Assembly (NCBI GenBank): GCA_051294375.1
Contig: JBJCIZ010000239.1
Span: 484,261-548,260 of the forward strand
DNA length: 64,000 bases
Direction of reading: 5' to 3'
Origin: Paraspadella gotoi
Lineage: Eukaryota; Animalia; Chaetognatha
Both the position numbers and the translations under genes were made by a program. Below the pieces are notes generated by a model. It had not been told where the DNA came from, searched no databases, and worked only from the letters and a program-made list of their open reading frames with translations. Positions 11,036-25,717 of the stretch are shown one piece after another (position 1 is the stretch's first letter; the number at the start of each line of letters is the position of its first letter).

Positions 11036-14000
11036 CGCTAAAGCCGTTTTACAATTCGTCTCTTTCAAATAAATTTCATAGAATTTAATGATACGTTACG
11101 AAATAGACGTTTCGAACCAAGTACTATTATAAACATTTCACGTTTTTCACAAATTTAAATTCTAAAGATAACCTTTCTCGGATGGCCACTTATACTAAGG
11201 ATCTATGTATGAATAAAATGAAGGAGTGAAGAAATAGTAAATTTCTAAATGGAAGACGATAAATTCTAATGTTAAACAAATAAATTTTGATATTGTCGGA
11301 GCATGAAATCGAAGCGCTCGCGACAAGTTCGCCTAGCCAATTCGAAGCTCGAAACTGATACGCCGAACTACAGGCGACGGAGAACACTACAGTCTCTCTC
11401 CGCCGGAGATATAACAGACAAATACATGAAGTGAACAATCGTCTTGCGGTTTTCAAGGTCGAAGATATGGATGCACCAATCTTTATAAAATTAAATGTCC
11501 CGATATTCGAGATTTCAAGTCCATATACGAGTTTCCCGGATCGTTCTTGTTTCGCATACGCTTCTGCCGTGTGCGTGTCGCCGTTTACCGGCAGAGGCCC
11601 GCGACTTCATACCTCTCCTCTCCTTAGCGAGCGTCCACGCCTGCTCTCCTCGTCCTCCTCTCTCTGGGTACCTCGCGCTGACACGGACTCTTCGTACGCT
11701 TTCGCCCTTAACTACATCATCTTCCTCTCCTCTTCTCCTATCTTGGCTAGGGTCATTCCGTCGTCCATTCCACCTCAAGCGGATTGGCTCGCTCTTCTTG
11801 CCGGGCGCTCAACGCGTTCCGCCTCATTTTGCGAGATAGTCTCATATAAGGGGGAGCTCGAATCTCCGTCCACCTCGAAACAACAAGGATATCGTCTTGC
11901 CGGTACGACGAGGAGAAGTTTGGCGACTCTGTGTCTCTGTCGGAAGTCCGTCGTCATCGTCTCTCGCTCTCCTGCAAATAGTGCTTTTCTCGCAGGTCGG
12001 AAAGCGGTACGTTCTGGCTCGACTGCATTCTCTGCAGGCCCTTCCGACTATACACTACGCCTCTGCGTCTCGTCCTCTCCGTACTTCTGCCTCCGAACGT
12101 CTCTCTCCCTCGATTCTTTGCATTGAAATCTATGAGGTATTGCGATTCGATCTGAAAGAGACCCGGTGGTAGAATGCGCATCGGCATTCCCACGTACGTC
12201 TTGGCTGGCATAGAACGTGAGTAGGTGGTCTGCTTGGCGCTGCCGTCTCTCTGCTGAAGTTAGCGCGGATGATGAACCTCGGTCGTTCCCAACGCTTGTA
12301 GTTTTCGCACCAGGTCTTTCTGCTTCGGTTCATCTTTTCCGTCGTGAAGGCGTTCCTCTTGTATCTGTCGTCGATAGTCGTTGTTGGGCCTTTTTCGCTT
12401 CCATCTTGGTAGCGCCCCACTGTTTCGAATTCTGGATTCTGGATACTCTCTCGCATCGCCTCTCCTGTCGTCTCCTTCTCTCTTCCTGCTTCTCTTTTTC
12501 CTCCAGTCTCCTCGACCTGTCAGTGCTCCGGCGCAGGATGGCGCACGCCTTCCGATCCTCCCGAATCCAACTCTTAGTCCCGCTCTGTCTTTTCTCTTCA
12601 CCTTTCCGCTCTCTGCATCCAATTTCTGTTGGTCGCACTTTCATCCATGAAAACTTCTTACGTCCGTCGACTGGCGCAATCGGCGGACGATCCGGGTCGT
12701 TCGAAATTTTCGCGTCTGGAATGATTAGGACGGAGAAAAGGAAGTAGAAGATACGATCTAAGGGTCGATGAGAAGAATGAGCAACGAGATGAGGCATGAA
12801 AATTAGAAGGGAGAGGAGAGCGGCAGAATTAAGGAAAAGGAAGGGGAGAGAAATTATCGCTATATATCTTATCGTTTTACTGATTTTAGCGATAAATAAA
12901 AACTCAAATTTTCACTTTGATACAGTTTCATTTCTAAACTCTTCATCTGTCCAGGTTCTCTTCCGTTGTTGGCTCTTGCTCTCTACAGCTTATATTCATC
13001 AAAAGACGCGTCGCTAGTACACAAGTCATTTTTTGGGCGAATGTGCATTTCCAACTCTGCCCCATAACCCGGCCGAAAGTCGCCTCGCGATGTCCGCGTC
13101 TCGACGCGTCGGGTTCGTTCTTTCCGCCTCTTCCAGAACTTCGACTCTCGAACCTATGATTTCGACGTTCCCCGGTTGTTGAAAGAGTTTGTCATGATGG
13201 GCGCCGATACGGCTTCCTCTGGTCCTCTCACCGTTGTCGTCGAACGTTCTACTATGTCACGGAGGACGGTAAAGCGACGTCGTTGGTTCCGTCTTCTCGA
13301 TTATTTTCTTTCATTCTTGGTCTCTCTCCTTCCTTCGGCGGGGAGGTTCCTGGCCGGCCTAGGCCCGCCTTCCGGGTATCCTCGGACGGGCAAGATACGG
13401 CAGGGGCGAGGCTCCTGCGAATGGCGGCCCCTCTCTCGGGCGCCTCTCTCTTTCAATCTCGCGTCCTTCGTCCTCCAAGTCTTAATTCCTTTTCTGGAAA
13501 GGGCCTAGTGATATCTCACAGTTTGTGATACGTGCCTTTTTTAGGCTCGTGCGTTCGTCCTTCTTTCTCTCTCCTCCCCGGACGAGCATGTGATCTTATT
13601 AACAATATTCGTCGGATTGAGTTGGTTTTAGAACGTCTGCGACGCAGTAATTTTATTTTTAACAGGTTGGAACCCTGTTTAACGCGTGGGGGGGGGACCG
13701 TGGGGCGCTCCGCCTTGCCTCAGGCCGTCCTTGCCCCTCATCCACCGAGACGCCGCACGCCGCCGCGGCTGAGCCGGCACGGAAAGGAGCGAGGGAGGAG
13801 GAGGAGGACCGGGAGAGTGCAGGAGGAGGGAGCAGAAGAGGCGCAGCGGCGGCGCCAAAGGTTACACCTCGGGGAGAAGATTACCGGACCTCCGCCGACT
13901 TTGCGGAGCGGACTAACAAGTTATGAGCGCTAGAGATAGTGGAACGAGTCCTGCTCCAATGGGCGCGGTCCGTGATGTAATTGACCCGCCGTCTTGGTGG

Positions 14001-17000
14001 TCCCGGAAGCCTCCAGAGTGCGGCTAATGCGCCCTTCCGCGGGAAGTAATGCCTACGACTGATCGCCGGCAAATCCTACCCAGGACCAATCTTTTCTCTT
14101 CGAACTCTCTCCTCGAAGTATTAGAGACGCACAGAGCAGAACTGGTGCTGTAAACGGCGGTTGCGGTCGAATTTTTCGCCTACCATAGGCTGATCCACGC
14201 CACTAGCCTTCTCGATCTGCCCCGACGTGGTGCGAGGAGTTATTAATAGTTCGTGGTGTTTTGAGCCCGGCTCGATCAATACTTCGCGGATTATAGGATG
14301 ATGCTAAGCTCATGTCGTGCTCTAGTGGTTTGTGTCCGAAATTTATAAGAGAAAATCGCTCTAGTTAAAAGATATGAGAGAAAAGGGGAAATTCGTATAA
14401 AGTTAAATGAAAAAAAATATAATCAGCGGAAATAAGGGGGGAAAAAGTGTTAACAAACTGATAACGTAGTAACTTTTTTTTTTTATTTTTTTATTTAATT
14501 ATCGTCCATCAAATATTCGTATGCATCGACTCCGGGTATCTAGTTTTAAATCGAAAACAGTAATCTTATTACTTGACTTATTCAATTTCAATAATGAACA
14601 TGTATGAACGTAATATTATCAAATAGTAAATTAAATCAACAAAATAACCGACGATAACGTCTGACGGTGAGGAACTTTATAAATAATTCTCAGTTACAGT
14701 CTACATTCTAATGGAACTACGACCCGTTACAGATCTCTCGCCTCTAAACATAAACTTTTTGTCATTGCCGCTTGTCATCTGTAAACTGCGCCATCGCTCC
14801 ACACGATTGGCACACTATCACGTTCCACACATACAATCACACGCGACCAGAAAAGTATCTCCAATTTGGTCTCTTCGCTTTCAAATATCATCTAAATCAT
14901 AAGCTACGAGTATTTGCATCTTTTTTTTAAGATTTTTTCTACTTGCGTCATTTTTTATTGCGGTGGCTGGACTCATTCTGCCTTATAGTAATAGTCACTA
15001 TGTTATTCTTTTTGCGCTTTCCTAACCTGTCCCAAAAATCATCACTTAATCCGTCTTGCTTCTTTCAACATAACATGCTCACCCTACCGGGTAGCGTTAT
15101 TCAACCGACGTCGTTACTTGCCCATACGAGCGCAGGGTGCGGGACGTCGTGATTCCTTCTTGAGGGGGCGTGAACTACGGGAATTAAAGTAGGTCAGCCG
15201 GCGTTACGGCACGTCTAGAAGCTGTACGAGACGAATCGTCACGGACACTCTCGTACCGAGGGGACGTCTGTTGTAACGATGCCCTACTCTGGAAGCCGGA
15301 AGCCCGTCGCAAGTACTTCTACATGTAGTTTTTCAATTTCGCCAGAAACAAGCGATACTGGTCAACATATCCTTTTTCGCATGAAAATTCATTTGATCAG
15401 ACACCTTCCAAGACGCCGCCCCAATGCGGCGCAAGATGGCGGGCGAAAACAAAGTACCATCTTCGCGCTAGCACGAGTAACCATAGCCGACGATCATGTT
15501 CGACTTTAGCACAACGTAGTTCTTTCGCACTTTCCATTCTATCGCACCGCCGCCCTCAATTCCGCGTCGGGCGACCGTGAAAATTGTGTCTCTGTTTGTC
15601 GCGTATAGAACGCGTTGGATTCCACCGGTAGAACTGTGCTACATACGAAACGAGTAATAGAGAAAAACGTTAAATGAGCGAGAAGGAATGATGAAGAGAC
15701 AAATCGTGATATGCTAATTTCAGAGATGTACGAGCCGCTGCACATTTCGGAAAAAAAATACACAAAGTTGAGAAAAAAATCTTATGGCGCGAAGCCTCTC
15801 TCTCAACTCGGAGTTTCGTCGATGTCCTCGCGGGCACTCCCCGCAATGGTGATCGACTGTCGTACCAACCGTGTCTGTGTCTTGCCGCCGTCGAGAACTT
15901 GCCGTTTCTGCTTCTGAAACGGAAGTAGGGTCCTCGCCTGTCTCACGGTCTCTTTCCATCGATCTGCCAGAATTATTCTGCAATCTTTTGCTAAGTTCGC
16001 GTGTTGACGAAAGTTTTTCTGACCACATGCACGCAACGTCTGACAGGCAGACAGTGCGCGGCACTTTCTGGGCTTTTTCGCCTTCAAAATCGACTAATAG
16101 CAGCGGTGCAAAGTCACAAGTTATTCAGCTAGGAAAAGCAGAGGCTTTAGTAATACGAACGCAGATCGAAGTGTGCGACAGAACGTAGTTCGCACACCGC
16201 ATGACCTTCCATGAAGTGTGGACGTGTATTCGAACATAATCGTTCGATGATGGAATCTTTCTTTGGAAGTACGAACTAGGGTGCGCCGACATGTCATAGG
16301 GAGATTCGTCTTTTCCCTATTCTGCCGCCAACGCGAATTCACATCGTCGTCGTCAAGGAATGGGGTTTAACGCTCGCTAATTTAAGCATTTTTTCCAGCG
16401 TTAGATTCCGCATCGGGGGCGTCTGGAGATCGAATCTATCTTTTCTCTTTTAACTGTGCTGATATTCGTCGGCGTAGTGTTCTTGCTTGTATATGCGCGA
16501 CATAACATTTTATTCTAGCTCGTCTTCTTGTAATCTTCCAATCGTTGTATCTGTCGAATTTGTAGGTTTAGCCGCGTTCTGAGTCTGCTTTTAACTCAGC
16601 GCGTCTCCATCGAATCCTAGCGCGCTGCGAGAATGGCATTTTTTTCTATACCCGCGATGAAACAGAGTTTCTTCCGAGAATCTTGAACATCGACGAGGCA
16701 ATTCGAAGTACTCCCGAGGTTTCTTTCAGGGTTGTGATCGCTTCCTCTTATGTTTTTTCTCGTGTACTCAGCTAATCCTCTGGGCCTCTCAGTCAGCGCA
16801 AAACATACTGACGCGATAAGGGCGTTGAACAGAAAGCTTTTGTTCCGGCCACACTTGCATTCTTCACGGGCGACGGAGAAAGTCAGGCTGGCCGCGCGCT
16901 GAATCGCTTCACTTTGTATCGTCGACGCGGAGGGCCTCGGCTTGCAATCATCAGGCTTGGATTACTTTTGCATTCTGGGTGCAGTACGTATCGCCATTTT

Positions 17001-19064
17001 CGGAAACGACGTCGGGTCAGCTTCCCTAATACGAGACACGGTTCTTTTAAAAGAAATGCAGTGCAAATTTTAGATTGTTTCTATTTCGTTTAATATCTGT
17101 TTTAGGACTGTTCCTCGGATCTGTCCACATGACAGTATCTTTCTTCGAACTGATCGTTTTTGAGCATTCTTCTACGCATTTGTATGCGAAACTCAGTCGG
17201 GACCCGCCAACACGCCGCACGTCAGCTCCAACCGTGGATCTGAATAATGTCTGGTGGGGAAAGAGCCTCAATTTTGAGGAGTCGAGGCACGACGTGACTT
17301 CGGGACCATAAGAAACTAGATCAAAAGCGGACAATAGAGAATTCGCCACTCCTCGTGCAGGAGGCAAGGGATTACGACGAGGTATATCTTGCGAAATCAC
17401 CCATTAACTAGCTGCACTAGCGTTCCAGAGAGCAACACATTTCAAACTCAGCCTTATCGATCTATCAGGTCTCAAGTCTCCAGCGCGTTGCAATCCATCG
17501 CTTTATTTTCGAAACTCCTTGCGAGCTTCGGCATTTGTTCATACTTCCAGATTGTGTAATTCTTTTATGATCTCAATCCTTAATTTTCTTGTCCTCCGAT
17601 TTTACTGTCTCCGAATTTCATTTCCGGAGTTATACGGCTAGAGTCCCAATTACTTACTCCGTCTCAGTCTCCGGCCGCTCTCCTTTTGGAATACAGGCTG
17701 CTCGACCTCTCTCAGAATGAAAGCTGTAGTGAGACTAGGCCCATAATCGCGAATCGAAACAGACTACGCTCTTACGTTATACGACTAGATTACTGGCGTT
17801 TCGTCATGACACTATTCTCTGTATCTTTTCTCTTCGTTCACTCACGCGAATATGAGAGATACGTTCGCTACGTTGGATAAAAAGGTATTCGCGTTGCTGC
17901 TCATAGTACGCTTGATGCGTAGTGAGCGTTTCGTCTTTTTCCTTGTGCTTCATCTTGTCTCTGCACCGTTTTTCTTCATGGGAGGCGGGCCGTGAGTGAT
18001 CTTCGCCGTTCGCTAAACTTGTCGGGTTCATACTTGCCTAGGACTGCGCGTGGCTGATTGTAGATCATATTCCCTAACTTTTGGATTGTAGTCATCAAAC
18101 AACTTCCTCCTCTGATCTCGGAGCAAGCTATCTATACCGTCCTAAGCCTTCCTCTAGATCACAGCACATGCGGCTATTTGTTCATCCTGGTGGTAGAACT
18201 CTCATAAGGTGAGAAGTCTTTACGTCATATTTCTATCAGGAACTGCCGTTGATGATTGAGCTTCGACACGACCTCGCTCAACTGGATCAGCCTAACACGA
18301 GACATCGAACTCTCGCGTCGCGTCTTTACGAGAGCCGTGTTACGTTTGGCGACCCACTGGGGCGGATAAACATCTCTTCGCGCCAAAGATTGTTGTTTAC
18401 CTTAAGTTCTCTCTGACTATACTGAGCCTAGTATTCTTAATAGTACACGTATCATCTTCGTCGTCCAATCACTCTTTACACCTCATAAGTTACCGGGGAA
18501 AAACAAAGTCAAGATGAACACCGTTCATCATTTCAACGAATACCTGGTGGAAAAAACTCCACGTATATCCGCGGACGAGAGCGACTGGAGATCGCGCTCG
18601 AGAATCGAACTATTGTAATTACTCCCAGCATGTTTCGTTCATATAATCCGGGACTCCTCTGTGTAATAGAAGCTCATCGTTTTTAAAGACATCTTACTCT
18701 TCACACCTTTAGGCTTCTTTTTCTTTTAATTTCTTTTCTTTCTTTCCTATTCGAGCGTTTCATGCCATCTAATTCGATCCTTGTCTTTGTCTGGTTTTCT
18801 TTCATTCTTTCTTTTCATACGGTAGTTTACGTTATCGACTATATGTGAGGGAATGTACTCTTCATCTCTATGGACCGTATATATTATTCTTTCCTAATTT
18901 CTTTCTTTCCTTTCTGTTTAATCTATTCTTTCTTTGCTTGCCTCCTTTCCTTACTTTCTTTGTTTCTTTCTATCTCTTTCTTTCTTTTTCTTTCTTTCTT
19001 TCTTCTTCTTTTCTTTCTTTCTTTCTTTTCTTTTCTTTCTTTCTTTTTTCTTTCTTTCTTTCAG

Positions 19065-19310
19065 GCGATCCTTCCCTTCTTAAAGCTTCTGAACGGGTTG
19101 AGAGAGAAGAACAAAAGGCACGGCAGATATCGTCCCCGTTCATCCAACTTCGGGCTCCCTGTGAGATAGAGTCGAGAACGGCGAGCGCGGAGGACGAAAG
19201 GAGGGGGGTGGGCCCCCCGCTCTCGGTATATTCCCCCCCCCTGCGAATTCGGGCTCGAAACGCCTGGCTAACCAGCTTTTTCTTCGCACTGGCCACACTT
19301 GACTTTTAGA
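19065..19310 (+). CDS. Exon E of BEACH gene: start of the BEACH domain (very noisy)
   Basis: Long polypyrimidine tract, then tcag|. Reads DPSLLKAS(G)L.EK...SNF...A.RT...P.FP, matching NBEAL 'LKASGLTQKW..REISNF.YL..LN..AGRTYNDL.QYPVFPW'. The 3' boundary is uncertain. Confidence 0.6.
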
Positions 19311-19699
19311 AGAAAAAAAAAAAAAAGGAAGAATGAGAAAAAAGGAAATTCTCTGTTCTCTTTGTTTTAACTTTTCTTCTGCTGTTATCTTTTCTTTCTT
19401 TTCTCTCTTTTTCTCTTCTTTTTGTTCTGATGATTTATTTTCGATTTTCTTAAATTTAGTTTATTTCTTTCTAATTTCAGAACAAGAAAATACGAACTAA
19501 GACATGAGGGCACAAAAAAAAAAAAAAAAAAAAAAAAAACCGAAAAAAAAAGCCCACGACTTGACCTAAATCCTCTTTCGCCAATCATTATTTTTACCCT
19601 TTTTCCCGCATCGGCTCGGTGTCGACAACAAAAACCCTAATAAATCTTTGTATCATAAGCTTCCCAAAATCGGCTAAATTTATTCTCGGAAAATTCTAA

Positions 19700-22600
19700 G
19701 CGTATTGCTCCTTTGTACTATGATTGATTATTTTTGTGGGTATCGCGCCTCGCGTCATGTTGAAGATGTCATTTGCACTCTTGAACGCGACATTAAAAGT
19801 AAAAATCAATTTTCAAAGGGGCGCGAAGAAAAACAGGAAAAAAAAAAAACAGGGGAAAAACACCACGATTGCAAAACAACTAAACATCTTATACGAAGAC
19901 GAATAAAAAAAAAAAAAAGAAGCGCTCCAAAAATTTGAAATACATGCTCCTCCATAATTAGTATAAAGAATAATGTACCTCAATCATTGAATTGATAACA
20001 AATTTATATACTTCAGTTTCCCTGCTATTTTAATTTTTCTTCTTTAATCATATGATAAATTTTAAAATATATTTATAATGAATTTACTGCGGGCGGGCAA
20101 AATCGAAATACAAATGAAACAGCCAACATTTCTTTTCTTGGTCCGTTTCCATTGCCAAATTGAGCGAGACCTAGGAACAAGCGATAAAATCTAACAAGTA
20201 AATGTTGAGAATCTGTAACATTAAGAAATTATGTACAAGCAAACCACTTGTTGGCTTCGACCTTTAGACAAAAAAAAAATTTTAAAAAAAATGTAAAATA
20301 AAAATTTTAAAAAAATGGAAAGAGAGATGAGGAAGGAGGGGGAGTGAGGAAGGAGTAAGGAAGGGGAGGAGAATTTGAGGTAGCAGCTGCAGGGAGAAAC
20401 GTTAGGAGGAAAGAGAAGTAGGAAAAAAAAAAGAGAGAACAGAAAAAACAAATTACAGAAATGGCCATACGGGTAAGGCAGGCATTGAGGAGGAAATAGG
20501 AAGAAGGAGGGAAGAGGAGGGGAGGAGAGAAACTGGTTCACGTCGCATTGACATTTCCAAAAATGCGCTTCAACAATTCCCCAGAGAGATGAAATAGAGA
20601 GCAGAGAGAAGAGACAGATGCCGAGAGAAGAGAGAGCAGCGTCGACCATGGTCCTATCAAAGAGAGACAGAATCATGCTTTGGGAGCATGAGAGAGAGAG
20701 GGAGCAGAGAGAGGGAAACAGAGAAACAACACAAGCGTGCAATATAAAAAAAAACAGATTCGAAATTATAACAAACAAACAAAGCTTTAAAATAAGAACT
20801 CGCGCTCTCGGCTTAGATTAACAATCCTCAAAAAGTTTAACAAAACAAAACAAACAAAAAAAGCACATTTCATTATTATTAACGAAAAAAATAATCGGCA
20901 CTGATATACACACTGATCGCTCGGGTTTTTTTTTTTTTATTTTTTACTTAAACTTAACTTAAAAAACCCAGCGAACACGATTCTTTTAAGATATAATTTA
21001 ACTTTTTTTTCCTCGTTTTCTTTTGAGAAAGAGGAGTTAATTACCCCACAGAAAAGGGCATTTTAACTATTTCGACTCAGGGGGTCCCGCGGTTTGGCAA
21101 AAGAAGAGGCATAATTATGAATTTGATATAGAAACATAAACCGACGAAGAACTTTTGTTATTTTTTTTAAAAAAGAAGAAGTATTTAACTCTTATATTAA
21201 AGGTAAAGGACTGTTTCCGAGAGGGGAAAAAGGATTTGATAAGCGGAGAGGGACAGCGCAAAATGATACGGTAGAGACGTACCCGAGGAGTAGAGAAAAA
21301 CGAAAAATGGCTAATGTGTGCGTAAGGCAAGAAATATATTGGAGAATATGTTAGGCTGGCAACCAGTGAAATGCAGAACTTACTCACCAAGATCCAGCCT
21401 ACAAAATATTAGAATTTAAAACAGGAACCCCCCCCCAAAAAAAAAAATGGTCATTTAAGCCTTATTTTTAAGTTTTTTTAATTGATTCTGATAGAGCCTT
21501 AATTTAACCCACTTTATCATCAAATATTGAAAAAAGAAGCAATTATACATTGTGTAGGATAACTTTTCATAAGCTATTTGAATCTGCTTTCTAAAAATAC
21601 AAAATTCCAAATAAATTTTTTGCACATCTTCCTATCTATAAATAAATATTAAAAAAATTAAGTATTACTAATGCCTTCTAGCCATTTAGAAAATTTTGGT
21701 CCATGCAACAGTTTTCTCAGAAATGTATGACAGTTTCATTTGGAAAAAGGTTCCCAAATCAAACTTTCTGCACAAACTCACCCCATTGCACGAGTGGCTC
21801 TAATTAAGCGGGCCCAAACTTGAACACTTTTCTTATAATCTCTATGTCTCTCAAATTTTTTTCCCTTCTTATTACTAAAACCGATTTTCAATGCAACTTT
21901 TATGTATTAGTTCAATCGGGTTGTTACATAGCAGCTTTTAAATATTTATTAATATATAATCAAATGAAAAAGAACGCGCATTCCTATAGAGCTATCATAA
22001 TTAAATGAAAGTTAGTACTAAATGTTTCATTTATTTTAAAACAAAACGGGTAAAAGAATATAAAACTAACGAAAAGATAGCTTTCGAAAAAAAAAGAAAA
22101 AATCTTTAGAGGAAAAATGCGTTGACGTCACTTCATAATCTTCGTCTGTCTTATTTCTCTTTTATTTTCATAATCTATTTTTTTTAAAACCTTATTAGAT
22201 ACATTTGTAGACGAGTTCTTATGAAGAATTGGCCGTTACGCGATACGGGATCAAAAAAATTCGCTCTCGAAAAACAACAAAATTTTCACCTTCTTCGCAC
22301 TTCACCCCGCCCAATTATCGTCTTACTCATCCGTCACGTTTCATCCCTAAACATCCCAACTTTCGTCGTCCGAACGGTTGGTACATTACGGTTCATCTTC
22401 TAATCTCAGTTTTATCGATATCCCGATGGCCTTGTGACCTGAACGACTGCCATTCCGCTACCCTTCCGCAGCTCTCACCTCGGCAAATTCGGGTCGTGTG
22501 GCATTTTAAAAAACGGCACGTCCACTACGCTTTGCTCACGTTTGGAATACATGCTATAATCACTCTGTAATCCCGTATGTTCCATACATTCAATAACACC

Positions 22601-23666
22601 TCGGACGACGTCACCAGCACTCACGACTCACGACTCACGACTTCACGCACTCACGACTCACGACTCCAGGCGACTCAACGACTCACGACCCGACGACTCA
22701 CGACTCACGACTCACGACCACACTTCACGACTCAAGGACGACACGTTTATACCATTACCACATGTACAATGGCCGACTTACGGCTTGTCCTCGGCCGTTG
22801 TCTTTCTCTTCTTTTCTCTTGTCTTTCTGTCTTTCTTCTTTGTTTTCTAATACCTCTTCCTTGTCCTACCTCTTCCTGCTCCATTCTCCTCTTTCCTCCT
22901 ACTCCTCCTTCTAAATTACTCTAGCTGATTTCCTTTTACTGGAGCAAAGAACCAAAATCGAGTGTAGCAGGGTCACTGAAAACGATTCCCCGCTGATCCA
23001 GTCTCTCTCATTGGAGCAGAAAACCTTCAAACGCGCAGGATTGTCCACTTTCTTTTTGCTATCTTGCCTCTTCCTCTACCTCTCTCTCTCTCTCTTCTCT
23101 CTCTCGTCTCTCTCTCTCATCTCGTAGCCTCTCTCATCGTCTCCATCTCTCTGCATCTGCTCTCTCTCTCACGTCACACGCGTAACTTTCTAATTCTTGC
23201 TCGGCCGACGAAGTTTTTTTTCATTAGGGAAAAGATATAGATAAATAGAAGAAAACAACAAACAACAAACGACAGAAGACTTCAAGTTCTTTCAATCGCT
23301 GTCACGGTGTCACCCGACCACCGTGTCACGGATGGTCACGCGGCGACCGTGACATCTGCGAAATTTTAAAATGCGATCAATTTTGATTTCAAACCCTGAA
23401 AAGAGGATGTCAGAATAGCAGAATGTACACGTAATTTCTAATGCAGAACAAAACTAAGCATCTTTTTAAAATATTACTCTGGGATATACTCTGGGATTGA
23501 CATAAACGAGACTGTGAGAGAGTCTTAGATTGAAAGCTTGCCAGGACCTGCAAGTACCCGACGGGATCATTATCTTTGTTAAGAGTGATGGAGGCCTTAA
23601 ACCACCAAAGCCGTCCAAAGTCAGCGGCAAGATACTTCATTTCATTAAAATGGAATGGCATAATTA
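19700..23666 (+). repeat. Duplicated block, co-linear with ~43235-46088 (second haplotype or read of the same locus)
   Basis: Continuous shared sequence from ~19960, e.g. ccaagatccagcctacaaa, atcgagtgtagcagggtcactg, cgctgtcacggtgtcacccgaccaccgtgtcacg. Similarity is weaker back to ~19700. The block ends exactly at a 25-N gap. Confidence 0.93.
22620..22735. repeat. (TCACGAC)n heptamer array; shorter version at 45206-45243
   Basis: Direct reading. Length differs between the two copies of the block. Confidence 0.9.
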
Positions 23667-24570
23667 NNNNNNNNNNNNNNNNNNNNNNNNNACGGGAAAC
23701 GGGATGACAAACGGCAAAAACCGGAACTCAACGCCTCACAACGCCGACGTGAAGCCCGGCCGAACGAAGAAGGAAGAGAAGACGATGAATGAAATTAAGA
23801 AACGACCATGGAACGAACGAGACGGATCGAGGAACAGTATCTATGTCTGCCATACCAAAGCCGCGCGCCCTCGACGCGACGGGACGTCGACGAACGACAG
23901 GACACGTCGACGAAGCACTCGAAAACGACGCCAACGCCGACGAACAATGCCGACGAGGACGAGATGACGAAGAAGAAAGATGACGACGGACACGGGACCG
24001 GACGACGGAAAACGACGCCAACGCCGACGACAACGCCGTATGAGGACGACGATGACGAAGAAGAAGACGACGGACGACGACGACGACGATGACGAAGAAG
24101 GACGACAACACGACAACGACGATGACCACAGCGACGACGACAGGCAAAGACGATGAATAGCCGACTAAGACGACAAAGCTGACGAAAGTGTGACGACAAC
24201 GCCCGGATGACGAAGACGACGACGACAACGACGACAACGCCGACGACAACGCCGACGAAGAAGACGACGACAAACAACGACAACAACCCACAAGGCCACA
24301 GCGACGACGACGAAAAGAAAGACTAAGACGATGACAAAGACGACGATAACGAAGACGACAACGACGAGGAAGACGAAGGCAAAGACGACGACGACATTGC
24401 CGACTATGACGACAAAGCTGACGACAACGGTGACGACAAAGACGTAGATGACGACGATAACGACGAAGGCGACGGCGACAGACCCTGACGCTAAAGCTCG
24501 TTTTTACAATCGTCTCTTCAAAATTTCACGGCCAATGGATGAAAGCGTCGCGCGAAACCCCGGGAAATAA

Positions 24571-24629
<59 letters not shown>

Positions 24630-25717
24630 CGGACTTAAAATGGTCTCAAAATTATCACGATGAGTGGGTTAGAACCTGAGTAATTTTATTTTACAGTTGG
24701 AACCCTGTTAAGCGGCGTCCAAAAAATTCGTCTATTTTCTTTTCATTAGTTATTTATTTTTTTTTTAATTTAAAAATAAAATATTTCTCTTTAAAATAAA
24801 AATGGAGCCGATCGCTTCTCGCTTTTTTTTCCGCACAAATGAAAAAAAAAATTATCGTCATTTTTATTTATTTTTTTTTCTAAAATCTAGTGATTTTCAA
24901 CGACGTCGTTTGCATCGAGCGCAGGCGCGGATAACAACAACAACGACGACGACAACAACGACAAACCCATAATTAGTCCCAAACACGAACGCGAGAAATG
25001 TTAAAAATGAGTCATTAAGAAAAAAGAAAAATTTAAAATAGAAAAAAAAAATTGAAATCGAGTTTCTGATTCTCACATTTTTTTCCCCTTTTTCTTCAAG
25101 ATTTTTTTAATTTTTTCTCTCTCTATATATTCCCTAGGTTTTTTCTCAAATATAGCAGCGATTCCTTTTCTAGAAAACAGATTTAGAAACGTGTAAAATA
25201 ATAAACCAGTTTTTTTTCCCATTAGAATAAAAGGAAAAACGATTTTCTCTTTCTCGTTTAAAATTTCAATTTTTATTTTCTTTTCTCTCGATTTTCTGTC
25301 TCCGATTTCATTTCATTTTATTTATTCTTTCAATATTTCATTTCTTAATTATATATTTCGTACGTAACTCTAGCAGCTTTTCTTTCCATGGGGCGTTCTT
25401 TATACAATTATTTTCAATTTACTGCCATTAACTTTTTATTTGTTTCGTTTTAAAAGGTCATACAAAACTTAGACTAATTTTTTTTTCTTAAAACTCTCTT
25501 TCTTTTTTCACTCGAGCAAACTGACTTTTCTATCTTTTTTTATTAGTTCTTTCTTTAATTTCTTTCTTCTTTCGTGTTTATATTCTTTCTTTTCTTTCTT
25601 TCTTCTTTCTTTCTTCTTTCTATTCCATTTCTTTCTTTTTTCTCTTTCTTTCTTTTCTCTTTTTTCTTTCTTTCTTTCTTCTTCTTCTTTTCTTTCTTTC
25701 TTTCTTTCTTTCTTCAG

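Noticed and set aside
11431-12126. 231-aa ORF and neighbouring overlapping ORFs
   Set aside because: No motifs, Ser/Leu/Arg-rich, and within the noise-inflated (CT)n region.
13690-14100. GC-rich CpG island or first exon
   Set aside because: The cleaner copy (24700-24725) lacks it while both flanking anchors match, so it is likely a G/C insertion burst in the read.
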